The notes: generated from the letters alone by a model not told the origin. 62,992 nt of DNA, filler included, from Candidatus Babelota bacterium (GCA_017999075.1; 11 parts of 11 records of this genome joined end to end with filler, not necessarily neighbours in it); one strand, 5' to 3'; shown: positions 40,156 through 49,691, numbered from the whole stretch's first letter. Numbers and translations are program-made.

Positions 40156-42234
40156 TTAAACTACAGATTCATAAACAAATCTATTTTTAAATTCTTCCTG
40201 TTTCCCTTCATTCCAATTGCTTACCGGTCTTAAATAACCTACTATACGCGAAAAAACCTCAGCTTCTCTGCCGCATGTAGGACATTTATTTATTTTACCT
40301 TTAAAATATCCGTGCTCTGAACAAACACTAAAAGTCGGAGTTAAAGTAAAATAAGGAAGTTTATAAGTTGATGAAACTTTTTTCACTATTTTCTTTACAG
40401 TTTCAACATCAGGTATTTCTTCTTTTAAAAATATATGAAAAACCGTGCCGCCAGTATATAATACCTGCAAATCATCCTGATGATTTAAAGCTGCAAATAT
40501 ATCATTTGAATAATCGACAGGTAATTGAGTCGAGTTTGAATAATACGGTATCCCGTTTCCAGACGTCGCTATCATAGGAAAAACTTTTCTGTCAAGTCTG
40601 GCCAATCTGTAAGAAGTTCCTTCAGCAGGAGTGGATTCAAGATTATACAGATTCCCTGTTTTTTCCTGATAACCCATAATCCTCTCGCGCATAAAATTCA
40701 ATATTTCTTTTGCAAATTCTTTCCCTTCTTTTTCACCTATATCTTTACCCAAAAAATTAAGACAGCACTCATTGCCGCCAACTAATCCGATAGTCGAAAA
40801 ATGGTTAACCCAATATTGTTTGTTTTTCTGATAAATATCTTTTAAGTAATATTTTGCATAAGGATATATTCCGCTTTGTGTTGTAGCTTCCAAAAATCTG
40901 CGTTTAATCTCAAGACTCTCACTTGCCGAATCCATCAGCAACCCCAGTCTGTTAAAAAATTCTTCTTTATTTTTGGCTATATAGCCTATTCTCGGCAAAT
41001 TTATTGTAACTACACCTATGCTTCCTGTCAAAGGATTTGCTCCGAATAACCCGCCGCCTCTGCTTAATAATTCACGGTTGTCAAGACGAAGCCTGCAACA
41101 CATACTTCGTGCGTCTTCAGGATTCATATCAGAATTAACAAAATTAGAAAAATAAGGTGTTCCGTATTTAGCAGTCATTTTCCATATTAATTCATAATTA
41201 GGATTATCCCAGTCAAAATCTTTTGTAATATTGTAAGTGGGTATAGGGAAAGAAAATACCCTGCTGGAAGCATCGCCTTCCAGCATAACTTCAGCAAACG
41301 CCTTATTTATCAAATTCATTTCTTCCTGGAAGTCGCCATAAGTTTTATTTTTAATTTCACCGCCTATAATCACAAACTGGTTTTTTAAAATTTCAGGAGG
41401 CTGAAGATCCATTGTAATATTTGTAAAAGGAGTCTGAAATCCTACTCTTGTTGGAATATTTAAATTAAAAATAAATTCCTGAAGAGACTGTTTGATTTGG
41501 TCATAATCCAGTTTATCATAATATATAAAAGGAGCAAGATACGTATCAAAATTTGAAAATGCCTGGGCGCCGGCAGCTTCTCCCTGAAGAGTGTAGAAAA
41601 AATTAACAATTTGACCTAAAGCGGTTCTGAAATGTTTCGGGGGTTTACATTCAACTTTTCCCGGAACTCCGCGGAAACCGTTGGCAAGAAGGTTGAACAA
41701 ATCCCATCCGCAGCAGTAAACCGCAAGTATATTAAGATCGTGAATATGGTAATCTCCTGAATTATGAGCATCTCTTATATGTTTAGGATAAATCTTATTC
41801 AGCCAGTAATTAGCGCTTATAGAAGATGCAACATAATTATTTAATCCTTGTATCGAATAAGTCATGTTGCTGTTTTCACTCACACGCCAATCCATACGGT
41901 TAAGGTACTTATCTATTATTTGAGTCATATCTTCAAATAATTTATCTGTCTGTTCAATATTTTTATATTGCATTCTGTAAAGAGAATATGATTTCGCAAT
42001 ACGCCACAATCCCTGATTCACAAACTCTTCTTCAACTATATCAGATATAGTTTCAATATCTATAACAGTTTTGCTTTTATACATTTCATTCAGTTTGTTT
42101 AAACAATTATCATATATTAAAACTGTTTTTTCTTTTGAAACATTGAATTGAGAACAAACTTTTTCAATAGCATTTTTCATTTTTAAAGGGTTATCCGCAA
42201 CGATATCTCCATTGCGTTTTTTAATGTACTTCAT
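40156..42234 (-). CDS. nrdD: class III anaerobic ribonucleoside-triphosphate reductase with ATP cone
   Basis: IKKRNG ATP cone, HIHDL, YCCGW, RSMCCRL, TPAEG, C..HG..CPTC, glycyl-radical SRIVGY. Confidence 0.96.
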   Translation of the reverse strand: MKYIKKRNGDIVADNPLKMKNAIEKVCSQFNVSKEKTVLIYDNCLNKLNEMYKSKTVIDIETISDIVEEEFVNQGLWRIAKSYSLYRMQYKNIEQTDKLFEDMTQIIDKYLNRMDWRVSENSNMTYSIQGLNNYVASSISANYWLNKIYPKHIRDAHNSGDYHIHDLNILAVYCCGWDLFNLLANGFRGVPGKVECKPPKHFRTALGQIVNFFYTLQGEAAGAQAFSNFDTYLAPFIYYDKLDYDQIKQSLQEFIFNLNIPTRVGFQTPFTNITMDLQPPEILKNQFVIIGGEIKNKTYGDFQEEMNLINKAFAEVMLEGDASSRVFSFPIPTYNITKDFDWDNPNYELIWKMTAKYGTPYFSNFVNSDMNPEDARSMCCRLRLDNRELLSRGGGLFGANPLTGSIGVVTINLPRIGYIAKNKEEFFNRLGLLMDSASESLEIKRRFLEATTQSGIYPYAKYYLKDIYQKNKQYWVNHFSTIGLVGGNECCLNFLGKDIGEKEGKEFAKEILNFMRERIMGYQEKTGNLYNLESTPAEGTSYRLARLDRKVFPMIATSGNGIPYYSNSTQLPVDYSNDIFAALNHQDDLQVLYTGGTVFHIFLKEEIPDVETVKKIVKKVSSTYKLPYFTLTPTFSVCSEHGYFKGKINKCPTCGREAEVFSRIVGYLRPVSNWNEGKQEEFKNRFVYESVV

Positions 42235-42612
42235 ATTATAAATCCTCCAGAAATGCCGGACTACAATAAAATTTTAAATAATTATTCCGGCTTGTCAGGC
42301 AAATATTGTTTAAAATTTGCCAAACATAAATAATAAATGTTTTCCGTGCTGAAAAGCATAGTCATCATCATTATTATTAATTTCATTAAAATCGTCGTGA
42401 TAATTATTATTTTCTAATGAAATCAGTTTTAAATTATTTTTAATATACAATTTTTAAAGATATTAGTTTTTATGGCGTGTGGGGATTCTGCGGCGCATAC
42501 GCACATGACACCNNNNNNNNNNNNNNNNNNNNNNNNNNNNNNNNNNNNNNNNNNNNTTAATTAATTAANNNNNNNNNNNNNNNNNNNNNNNNNNNNNNNN
42601 NNNNNNNNNNNN

Positions 42613-42723
42613 ATCACAGACAGGATCAAGAACAGCAGCGCTGCAAAGACAAAAATAAAAAAATTTTTTAAATTTATGTATTTCCAATTCCGGTTTTACA
42701 TATTCTTTTTTTTTATTTTCCAT
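42613..42723 (-). CDS. putative RiPP precursor peptide, 3' end missing (not in the ORF track)
   Basis: MENKKKEYVKPELEIHKFKKFFYFCLCSAAVLDPVCD...; YxxPxL leader motif, Cys-rich C-terminal part. Confidence 0.7.
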
Positions 42724-42732
42724 AACAAAAAT

Positions 42733-42760
42733 ATTATATCCGTAATGTTAAAAAAATCAA
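42733..42760 (-). promoter_or_regulatory. promoter TTGATT-N16-TATAAT for the putative precursor, nearly leaderless
   Basis: -10 ends 9 nt before ATG 42723. Confidence 0.55.
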
Positions 42761-42808
42761 TAAAATTATATATTTTCAGGTTTATAATTATATCTTTGCG
42801 GATAAGAA

Positions 42809-43180
42809 TTAATTTTTATTTTTTTGAAAAACAATAACCGGATTTTCATTTGAGTAACCGCTGCAGTTAAAATATTCGCAATGTCCCTTTTTTTGATTAT
42901 TATATACATTCAAAAACAGTGCGCCGTTTCCTGCAAGATAATATTTTACCAATGAGGAATTATAACAAGTCCATTTGAAAAAAAATAAGGTGCCGGTAAT
43001 TATTTTTATTGCTTTAAATATCCGAAAAGCATTTTTAATATGAATTTTATCTATTTTTTTTATATTGTTTCCATTATTCACGAAATTTAATGGCGCTTTA
43101 TGAAAATATACAAGCATGGCTGCAGTAAATACATTAATAAATAATAAAACAAATGAATAAATTTTTTTTAAATGACGCAT
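42809..43180 (-). CDS. divergent lasso-peptide B2-like (transglutaminase-fold) peptidase, 123 aa
   Basis: Likely start ATG 43180 (MRHLKK), just past the upstream stop; 'WTCYNSSLVKYYL...LFLNV...KKGHCEY' parallels the B2 'CL.RSL....L...GV....HAW' pattern. Confidence 0.5.
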   Translation of the reverse strand: MRHLKKIYSFVLLFINVFTAAMLVYFHKAPLNFVNNGNNIKKIDKIHIKNAFRIFKAIKIITGTLFFFKWTCYNSSLVKYYLAGNGALFLNVYNNQKKGHCEYFNCSGYSNENPVIVFQKNKN

Positions 43181-43193
43181 TACTCTTGATTCA

Positions 43194-43916
43194 TTACTTT
43201 GTTTCGCTTGTAATATCTGAATTAACAGATTCGGTTTTATCTGCAAATGCTTTCATAAAACTGTTATTAATATTTTTTTTTTTATAATAATCAACAGCTC
43301 TAATGATTGCATTTTCCCAATCATCCCCATATTTTTTTTTGAATTCCTGAATTATATGAAGTTTATAAAAGTAAATGTCTTCGGAAGTATTGACATCTTC
43401 GGAAGATTGAGAATCTGTATGTGAAATCATTCCATTTGAATTTTGTGAAGGACCGCGGAAATTTTCAGCAGGCAATTTAATATGGTTTGAAGTTGCAGTA
43501 TAATTTTTAAAAATCGAATTGTCCTGAATTTTTTTTTTACTTTTTTCGAACTCCACAAAAAAGAAACTAAATGTAATGGCTGCAATAAAAAAAATAATTG
43601 AAGCGTACATTTTGAATTTAACTGTGAAAAAATGTTCTATATTATGATAAAAATTTTCGATTGAAATTTCATGTTGTTTTCTGAATTTTAAAAAGATAGG
43701 CCCTAAAATTTTGTAAAGCAGAATATCGAAAAGATTTATGTAAGAAAGATCTATTTTATTGAATTCATTTTTGTCAATTATTGTAGTAAATAATTGAATG
43801 ACTGAATAAATCACTCCAAATATAATTAAAGATAAAATTAAACCGGCCCATCCGAACAGTTTAAAACAGATAAGACTTAAAAATAATAGAATGCCGGCGT
43901 TTAAAAAAATAACCAT
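43194..43916 (-). CDS. hypothetical membrane protein
   Basis: 240 aa; about 3 hydrophobic segments, then a polar C-terminal domain. Confidence 0.6.
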   Translation of the reverse strand: MVIFLNAGILLFLSLICFKLFGWAGLILSLIIFGVIYSVIQLFTTIIDKNEFNKIDLSYINLFDILLYKILGPIFLKFRKQHEISIENFYHNIEHFFTVKFKMYASIIFFIAAITFSFFFVEFEKSKKKIQDNSIFKNYTATSNHIKLPAENFRGPSQNSNGMISHTDSQSSEDVNTSEDIYFYKLHIIQEFKKKYGDDWENAIIRAVDYYKKKNINNSFMKAFADKTESVNSDITSETK

Positions 43917-43925
43917 AAATTATAT

Positions 43926-45143
43926 TTATAACCTGATTCCCATATTCGTTTCAATATATTTAACATATTGAGGTATTAAAGATAATCTTTCCGAACTTTT
44001 CATAAATCCGCTTTTTAGACCGTTTAATTCAATTGTACACAAATCATTAAAGTTTAAATTATGATACAAATAAGCTATAAAATTTTCTTTTGTTTTAGTA
44101 GTATTTGAAACCAGTCTGTTATCCTGGCATATAACTATCCTTAATCTGTGTTTTTTAAAAAATTCTCCTATAGGATGGTTTTTATATTCTTTGATATTCT
44201 CACAAGTTTGTATATTGCTTGTTATACATACCTCTACAGGTATACGTTTCATTCCTTTTACATATTCCAGCAAATCAAGATTGTCAAGAAGATTGGTGCC
44301 ATGTCCGATTCTATCCACTCCGCAATCAACTATAGCTTGTTTTATACTTTGCCATCCGAACGCTTCACCTGCATGACAAGTATTGTATAAACCTGCTTTT
44401 TGAATCAGTTTATATGCTTCAACAAAATTTTTTGCCGGATATCCTTTTTCCGGTCCTGCGATATCAAACCCCACCACACGTTTTATTCCATCTACTTTAT
44501 TGGCATTAACTGCAAGTACAGCAGTATTTCTTGCTACTTCTTGAGCAAGTTGCTTATTGTTGAAGCAAGAAAAAAAAGTTGCTATTTTTTTATGATACGG
44601 GGACATCGTAGAAGAAAATATCCTTACTCCGCATAAAATCATATTTGATTTTATTCCAAAATCTTTTTCTGCGCGTTCCAGTCCTGTATTGACTGCGCGC
44701 ACTACTTCATAAGGTTTTAATTTTTTATGCGTATAATTCATCGGAGCGAACCTCAGTTCAAAATATATCACATTTTCATTTGCCAAATCTTCTGCGAGTT
44801 CATAAGCTGCCCGTTCAAGTGCATATTTTTCCTGAAGAAGAGGTTCGGTTATTTTTCCAAAAACTGTAAGATACCCTTCGAGATTATCATATTTGTCTTT
44901 TGAAACGATTTTTGATAATTCCGGTTTTGTATAAGCGGGCAATTCAAATTTTTGTTCTTTGGCAAGTTCAATTATTGTTTCTACTCTGAGAGAACCTCCG
45001 AGATGCAGATGTAAATCAACTTTAGGGAGCGAAAATATTTTTTCTATGATATTTCTGTGTTTACTGAAAAATTTTAAGTCAATTTTTGTCAAATCGGAAA
45101 GTTCCTTGTTTGATAATTTTTTTACATTATATTTACTGAACAT
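43926..45143 (-). CDS. add: adenosine deaminase family protein
   Basis: LPKVDLHLHLGGSLR, YFELRFAP, GFDIAGPE, TCHAGE, RIGHG, EVCITSN, QDN. Confidence 0.88.
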   Translation of the reverse strand: MFSKYNVKKLSNKELSDLTKIDLKFFSKHRNIIEKIFSLPKVDLHLHLGGSLRVETIIELAKEQKFELPAYTKPELSKIVSKDKYDNLEGYLTVFGKITEPLLQEKYALERAAYELAEDLANENVIYFELRFAPMNYTHKKLKPYEVVRAVNTGLERAEKDFGIKSNMILCGVRIFSSTMSPYHKKIATFFSCFNNKQLAQEVARNTAVLAVNANKVDGIKRVVGFDIAGPEKGYPAKNFVEAYKLIQKAGLYNTCHAGEAFGWQSIKQAIVDCGVDRIGHGTNLLDNLDLLEYVKGMKRIPVEVCITSNIQTCENIKEYKNHPIGEFFKKHRLRIVICQDNRLVSNTTKTKENFIAYLYHNLNFNDLCTIELNGLKSGFMKSSERLSLIPQYVKYIETNMGIRL

Positions 45144-45233
45144 ATTTTATAAAAAAACTCCTTATTAAAAAATTATAAATGAATTATACAAATAATAAAA
45201 TAATGATAAGAATTTCATTTGTATTTAATCATA

Positions 45234-45261
45234 ATAATATTTTGAAAAATAAAATTGTCAA
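45234..45261 (-). promoter_or_regulatory. promoter TTGACA-N16-TATTAT for the deaminase operon
   Basis: Minus-strand hexamers about 90 nt upstream of 45143. Confidence 0.5.
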
Positions 45262-45384
45262 TGTATAAAAAAAACTTGTTTTTTTTTATATGGAAATATA
45301 TTATATAAGAGTTATAGGAGTTTATAAATTGAGCGCAATTGAAAAAATGAATCAATATAATAAAAATTTAGGAGGCGCCTGCTA

Positions 45385-45459
45385 ATGAATAAAAAAATAA
45401 TAATAATTGAAGATGACGTTGATTTATTGGAAACCGTCAAAGTACGTTTGGAAAAAGAG
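45385..45459 (+). CDS. response regulator receiver domain, N-terminal fragment
   Basis: SD AGGAGG then MNKKIIIIEDDVDLLETVKVRLEKE, cut by the linker. Confidence 0.8.
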
Positions 45460-45559
45460 NNNNNNNNNNNNNNNNNNNNNNNNNNNNNNNNNNNNNNNNN
45501 NNNTTAATTAATTAANNNNNNNNNNNNNNNNNNNNNNNNNNNNNNNNNNNNNNNNNNNN

Positions 45560-46622
45560 TTATAAGGTATTTAGGTATTTGTTTGTGATATAATTCGACT
45601 TTATCATTATCTTTTATCATTGCTATTAAAGTTAATATTAATACTGCAAAAGTTGTGGTTTTGATTCCACCTGCTGTGGAACAAGGAGAACCTCCGATAA
45701 ACATTAACGCTATAGAAGTTAATAAACTGGATTGTGATAATTCTGCTATATTTAAAGAATTGAATCCCGCTGTTCTGCAGGTTACAGATTGAAAAAGCGA
45801 TGCGAGTAATTTTGATGAAATATCGCTGAATTGTTTTAATTGATTGTCAAATTCAAATATAAATATAAGTATTGTGCCTATAATAATCAGTATTCCGGTT
45901 GCAATTAAAGTTAATCTTGTATGGAGAGATATAATAATTTTTTTTTTTTGTTTGTGTCTGTTGGAAAAATAATTTTGAAGCTCGAATACTACAACAAATC
46001 CTATGCCGCCGGTTATAATAAGAGAGATTATAGTCAGATTAATCCACACATCGCTGTTGTAGTCTGATAAATTGTTTGAGAAAGTTGAAAAACCTGCGTT
46101 GCAGAAAGCTGAAACAGAATGGAAAACGCTTGTAAATATTGCTTTTTTTATTGAAAATTTATTTACGAATTTTACAAACAAAAGTAAAAATCCTGTAAAT
46201 TCTACCGCAAAAGTAAATAATACAACATATTTTATTATATCTTTTATTTCATTAAACTTTGACTGACCGGTAATTTCACCTGCAATAATAGAATCTTTTA
46301 TTGTTAATTTTTTTGAAAATATGGATAAAAACAGCAGTGAAAAAGTCATTATTCCCAGTCCTCCGATTTGTATCAGAGATAAGATAATTAATTGACCTGT
46401 TTTTGTAAAATCCTTTGGAGTATCCTTGACAATCAGACCTGTCACGCAGACAGCAGAAGTCGAAGTATATAACGCATCTATATATTTTATAGGCTTGACT
46501 GTTGCAAAAGGAAGCGATAAAAGAAAAGAACCCGTTAGAATAATAATTAAAAAACTTAAAAATATTATTCTAGCCGGGTTAATGGAGCTTTCTTTTGGTG
46601 TGTTTGGGTTATCTCCAATCAT
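45560..46622 (-). CDS. TrkH/KtrB potassium uptake membrane protein, 3' end missing
   Basis: TSAVCVTGL, QIGGLG, SAFCNAGF, TCRTAGF, STAGGIK pore-loop motifs. Confidence 0.93.
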
Positions 46623-46651
46623 TTGAAATCTCCGTTTTTGGTGATTTCATT

Positions 46652-47017
46652 TTATTTCTTTTCAGATAATGCTTTTTTGGCTGCATCAACTATTTTTTCA
46701 AATGCAGGTTTATCATTAATAGCAAGTTCAGAAAGAGTTTTTCTGTTTATTATTATTTTAGCTGCATCAAGTCCTTCAATTAATCTATTATAGCTTAATC
46801 CTAAAGCTCTTGAAGCAATATTAATCCTTGTAATCCATAATCTTCTGAATCCGCGTTTTTTTTGTTTTCTTCCTTTGTATGCATTTTGAAATTTTTTTAC
46901 AACAGCCTCTTTTGCTGTTCTGTAATGATTTTTTCTGCTTCCAACAAATCCTTTAGCGCGTCTGAAAATTTTCTTTTTTTGTTTATCGCTGTTTGAACTG
47001 CTTTTTGAACGTGGCAT
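46652..47017 (-). CDS. rplT: 50S ribosomal protein L20
   Basis: AKGFVGSRK, GRKQKKRGFRRLWITRIN, INRKTLSELA. Confidence 0.97.
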   Translation of the reverse strand: MPRSKSSSNSDKQKKKIFRRAKGFVGSRKNHYRTAKEAVVKKFQNAYKGRKQKKRGFRRLWITRINIASRALGLSYNRLIEGLDAAKIIINRKTLSELAINDKPAFEKIVDAAKKALSEKK

Positions 47018-47037
47018 AGTAAAAACCTCCGGTAAAT

Positions 47038-47067
47038 GTATTGTGATAATATATTATATCACAATAC
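47038..47067. other. 11-bp hairpin between rpmI and rplT
   Basis: gtattgtgata-N8-tatcacaatac. Confidence 0.5.
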
Positions 47068-47098
47068 TTTGATTGAATTTTAATATAAAGTTATAAAA

Positions 47099-47299
47099 TT
47101 ATTTATGATAAGGCATAGTTAAAATTACATTTTTTGAATTTGATTCATTCATCATTACGCCTTTTTTTAAGTTGCGTTTGCGTTTACGAGTTTTTTTTGT
47201 CAGAATATGACTTTTATTAGCTTTCCAACGTTTGATTTTTCCGCTTTTCATTAATTTAAAACGTTTAGCGGCGCTTTTTTTTGTTTTTAGTTTTGGCAT
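47099..47299 (-). CDS. rpmI: 50S ribosomal protein L35
   Basis: MPKLKTKKSAAKRFK..SHILTKK. Confidence 0.97.
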   Translation of the reverse strand: MPKLKTKKSAAKRFKLMKSGKIKRWKANKSHILTKKTRKRKRNLKKGVMMNESNSKNVILTMPYHK

Positions 47300-47366
47300 A
47301 ACAGATTAACCTCCGGTAAAAATTAAAATGCGGAAAATACAGCGCATTTTAAATTAAAAAATTTAA

Positions 47367-48116
47367 TTATTCATTGTCTTCAGTTTCATCAATTTCATCT
47401 TCGTCAATTTCCTCAACCTCATCGATCTCATCAATTTCTTCAGAAATATCATCATCTATCTCTAAATTGTTTTCATCAGAAATATCTTCATCTTCATTTT
47501 GTTCGATATCCATTTTTTTGACTGATATTTTTTCTGATTTTGATGATTTAATAACAGGTTTGGTTGATTGTTTTTTTGGAGCTATACACATACTTAAAGT
47601 AGAACCGTCCATTTTTAATTCCTGTTCTATTTCTGCTAATTCAGATAATGTTGAGAAAAAATTTTTCATAAGTTCAATTCCTCGTTCTGAATACATTCTT
47701 TCTCTTCCTCTGAACCGCATTGAAATCTTTACTTTATCGCCTTCATTCAAAAATTTTATAATATGTCCGCGTTTATGTTCAATATCATGTTCGCTTATTT
47801 TTGGAGTCAATTTTATTTCTTTAAGTTGCGACACTTTTTGTTTTTTTTTCGATTCTTTTAATTTTTTCTTTTTTTCAAACAAAAATTTGCCGTAATCAAG
47901 TATTTTACATACAGGCGGATTGGCATTAGGGCTTATTTCAACTAAATCAAGTTCGACGTTTTCAGCCATTCTAATAGCATCAGATAATGATACAACACCT
48001 TTTTGCTCTCCAGTTTCGCTAATAAGCCTCACATTCGGAGACATAATTCTTGAATTGATTCTGAATAAATCAGTCTTTTTAAAATTTCTATCCTGCTTTT
48101 TGATAAATTTAGAAAT
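47367..48116 (-). CDS. infC: translation initiation factor IF-3, probable ATT start, acidic C-terminal tail
   Basis: INSRI..VRLI..LDLVEISPNANPPVCKILDYGK..FRGRE; SD GGAGGTG (48129-48123) positioned for ATT at 48116. Confidence 0.93.
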   Translation of the reverse strand: MSKFIKKQDRNFKKTDLFRINSRIMSPNVRLISETGEQKGVVSLSDAIRMAENVELDLVEISPNANPPVCKILDYGKFLFEKKKKLKESKKKQKVSQLKEIKLTPKISEHDIEHKRGHIIKFLNEGDKVKISMRFRGRERMYSERGIELMKNFFSTLSELAEIEQELKMDGSTLSMCIAPKKQSTKPVIKSSKSEKISVKKMDIEQNEDEDISDENNLEIDDDISEEIDEIDEVEEIDEDEIDETEDNE

Positions 48117-48130
48117 ATTAATCACCTCCA

Positions 48131-48352
48131 TAAAAAAAAACGGCAAGAATCATATCTTGCCGTTTATATACACTTTCAACTTAATTTTGTAAAGGATATA
48201 TAATAAACCTGCAATTTAAAACAAAAAACAAAACTTTTAAATTACAGAATTATTTATAAAACCCTTTTATAATTCAAATAAGTTAAACCCTCAAAATACT
48301 TGATTTTGTAAATCAAGATATACCGGGTGAGAAGTAATAAACGACTTCTTCT
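48131..48352 (-). ncRNA. L20-leader-like ribosomal protein leader with attenuator
   Basis: 5' AGAAGTCG..ACTTCTCACC motif and terminator aaacggcaaga-tatgat-tcttgccgttttttttt immediately before the infC SD. Confidence 0.7.
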
Positions 48353-48695
48353 TAAATTTTAAATATTAGTTTATAAGTTAAAAGAAAAATTGTTANNNNN
48401 NNNNNNNNNNNNNNNNNNNNNNNNNNNNNNNNNNNNNNNTTAATTAATTAANNNNNNNNNNNNNNNNNNNNNNNNNNNNNNNNNNNNNNNNNNNNAAAAA
48501 GCAAAAAGCGTGTTTGAAATGTAAATAAATTTTTTTGATAAATTATTGGGTTAAATGTCAATAAGTAATTGAATCCGAACTATACGTTCGGATTTTTAGA
48601 AGTTTTCTATTGTTTTTTATGCGAAATTTCGAAAACTTCAGAAACCAAGATTTTGCTAATGCTTAATACTGGTTAAATGATTGAGAGGTAATTTT

Positions 48696-49655
48696 ATGTG
48701 GATTTATTGGGAAAGAATTGTTGATTATATTGTATATTCCGCAATGGGATTAGAGAAAAACGCATTGTCAGGAGCATTACATTTTTTTATTTATGATACT
48801 GTTAAAATTTTTTTATTATTAAGCGTTATAATTTTTATAGTATCTTTTTTGCGGACATATATTACTCCTGAAAAGACGCGCAGAATACTCGGCGGTAAAA
48901 ATGTTTTTTTAGGAACTATTCTCGCATCAATATTGGGAATTTTCACTCCATTCTGTTCCTGTTCAGCTATTCCTTTATTTATTGGATTTGTTGAAGCAGG
49001 CGTTCCGCTTGGTGTTACATTTTCGTTTTTAGTCGCGTCGCCGATGATAAATGAAATAGCGGTCGGGCTTCTACTTTCAACTTTCGGCGCAAAAGTTATG
49101 GTAATGTATATTGGAACTGGATTGCTTATAGCAATAATCAGCGGAAATATAATTTCATATTTAAAATTAGAGAAATATGTTGAAGATTTTGTATATAAAA
49201 CTAAGGTAGGCGCGGGTATGCCTGAAACAGGATATACAATGGGCGGCAGGATACAATACGGATTAAATTACACTGGAGAAATAATTAAAAAGGTCTGGTA
49301 TTATATTTTAATTGCAATCGGTATTGGCGGATTTATGCACGGGTTTGCTCCTGCGGGTGTATTGTCGAAATGGGTCGGCGCAGGCAATATTTTTGCAGTA
49401 CCGTTGGCTGTAATTGTCGGAGTTCCTTTGTATGCAAATGCTGCCGGAATCATACCTATTGTAAAAGAACTTACTCGTCTCGGCGTTCAGACCGGCACCG
49501 CATTAGCGTTTATGATGGCAGTAACCGCATTATCTCTGCCTGAATTTATTATTCTGAAAAAAGTATTGAAAATCAGATTATTGCTTACTTATTTCGGAAT
49601 TATATCAGCCGGCATTATATTTGTTGGTTATTTATTTAATTATATTATGAAATAA
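48696..49655 (+). CDS. DUF318/ArsP-like permease
   Basis: FFIYDTVKI, TPFCSCSAIPLFIGF, SPMINE, GVPLYANAAG, LSLPE; SD GAGAGG before ATG 48696. Confidence 0.92.
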   Translation: MWIYWERIVDYIVYSAMGLEKNALSGALHFFIYDTVKIFLLLSVIIFIVSFLRTYITPEKTRRILGGKNVFLGTILASILGIFTPFCSCSAIPLFIGFVEAGVPLGVTFSFLVASPMINEIAVGLLLSTFGAKVMVMYIGTGLLIAIISGNIISYLKLEKYVEDFVYKTKVGAGMPETGYTMGGRIQYGLNYTGEIIKKVWYYILIAIGIGGFMHGFAPAGVLSKWVGAGNIFAVPLAVIVGVPLYANAAGIIPIVKELTRLGVQTGTALAFMMAVTALSLPEFIILKKVLKIRLLLTYFGIISAGIIFVGYLFNYIMK

Positions 49656-49691
49656 AAGAACACTTTTAAAAAAAATTGGAGGTAATGAAAA

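Noticed and set aside
42240-42512. Riboswitch or NrdR boxes upstream of nrdD (small hairpins and a GC-rich contig end)
   Set aside because: No cobalamin-riboswitch core or convincing NrdR palindrome recognised, and the region is truncated
43181-43246. Longer 145-aa version of the B2-like ORF
   Set aside because: Would overlap the upstream gene by 53 nt; ATG 43180 just after the upstream stop is more plausible
47374-47895. 173-aa Ser-rich plus-strand ORF, and similar antisense ORFs over fapA-like, ubiB-like, add and glgX genes
   Set aside because: Antisense shadows of well-supported genes
48496-48528. Possible C-terminus of an ArsR regulator (KKQKACLKCK*) before the permease
   Set aside because: Plausible from context, but 10 codons are too few to support a call
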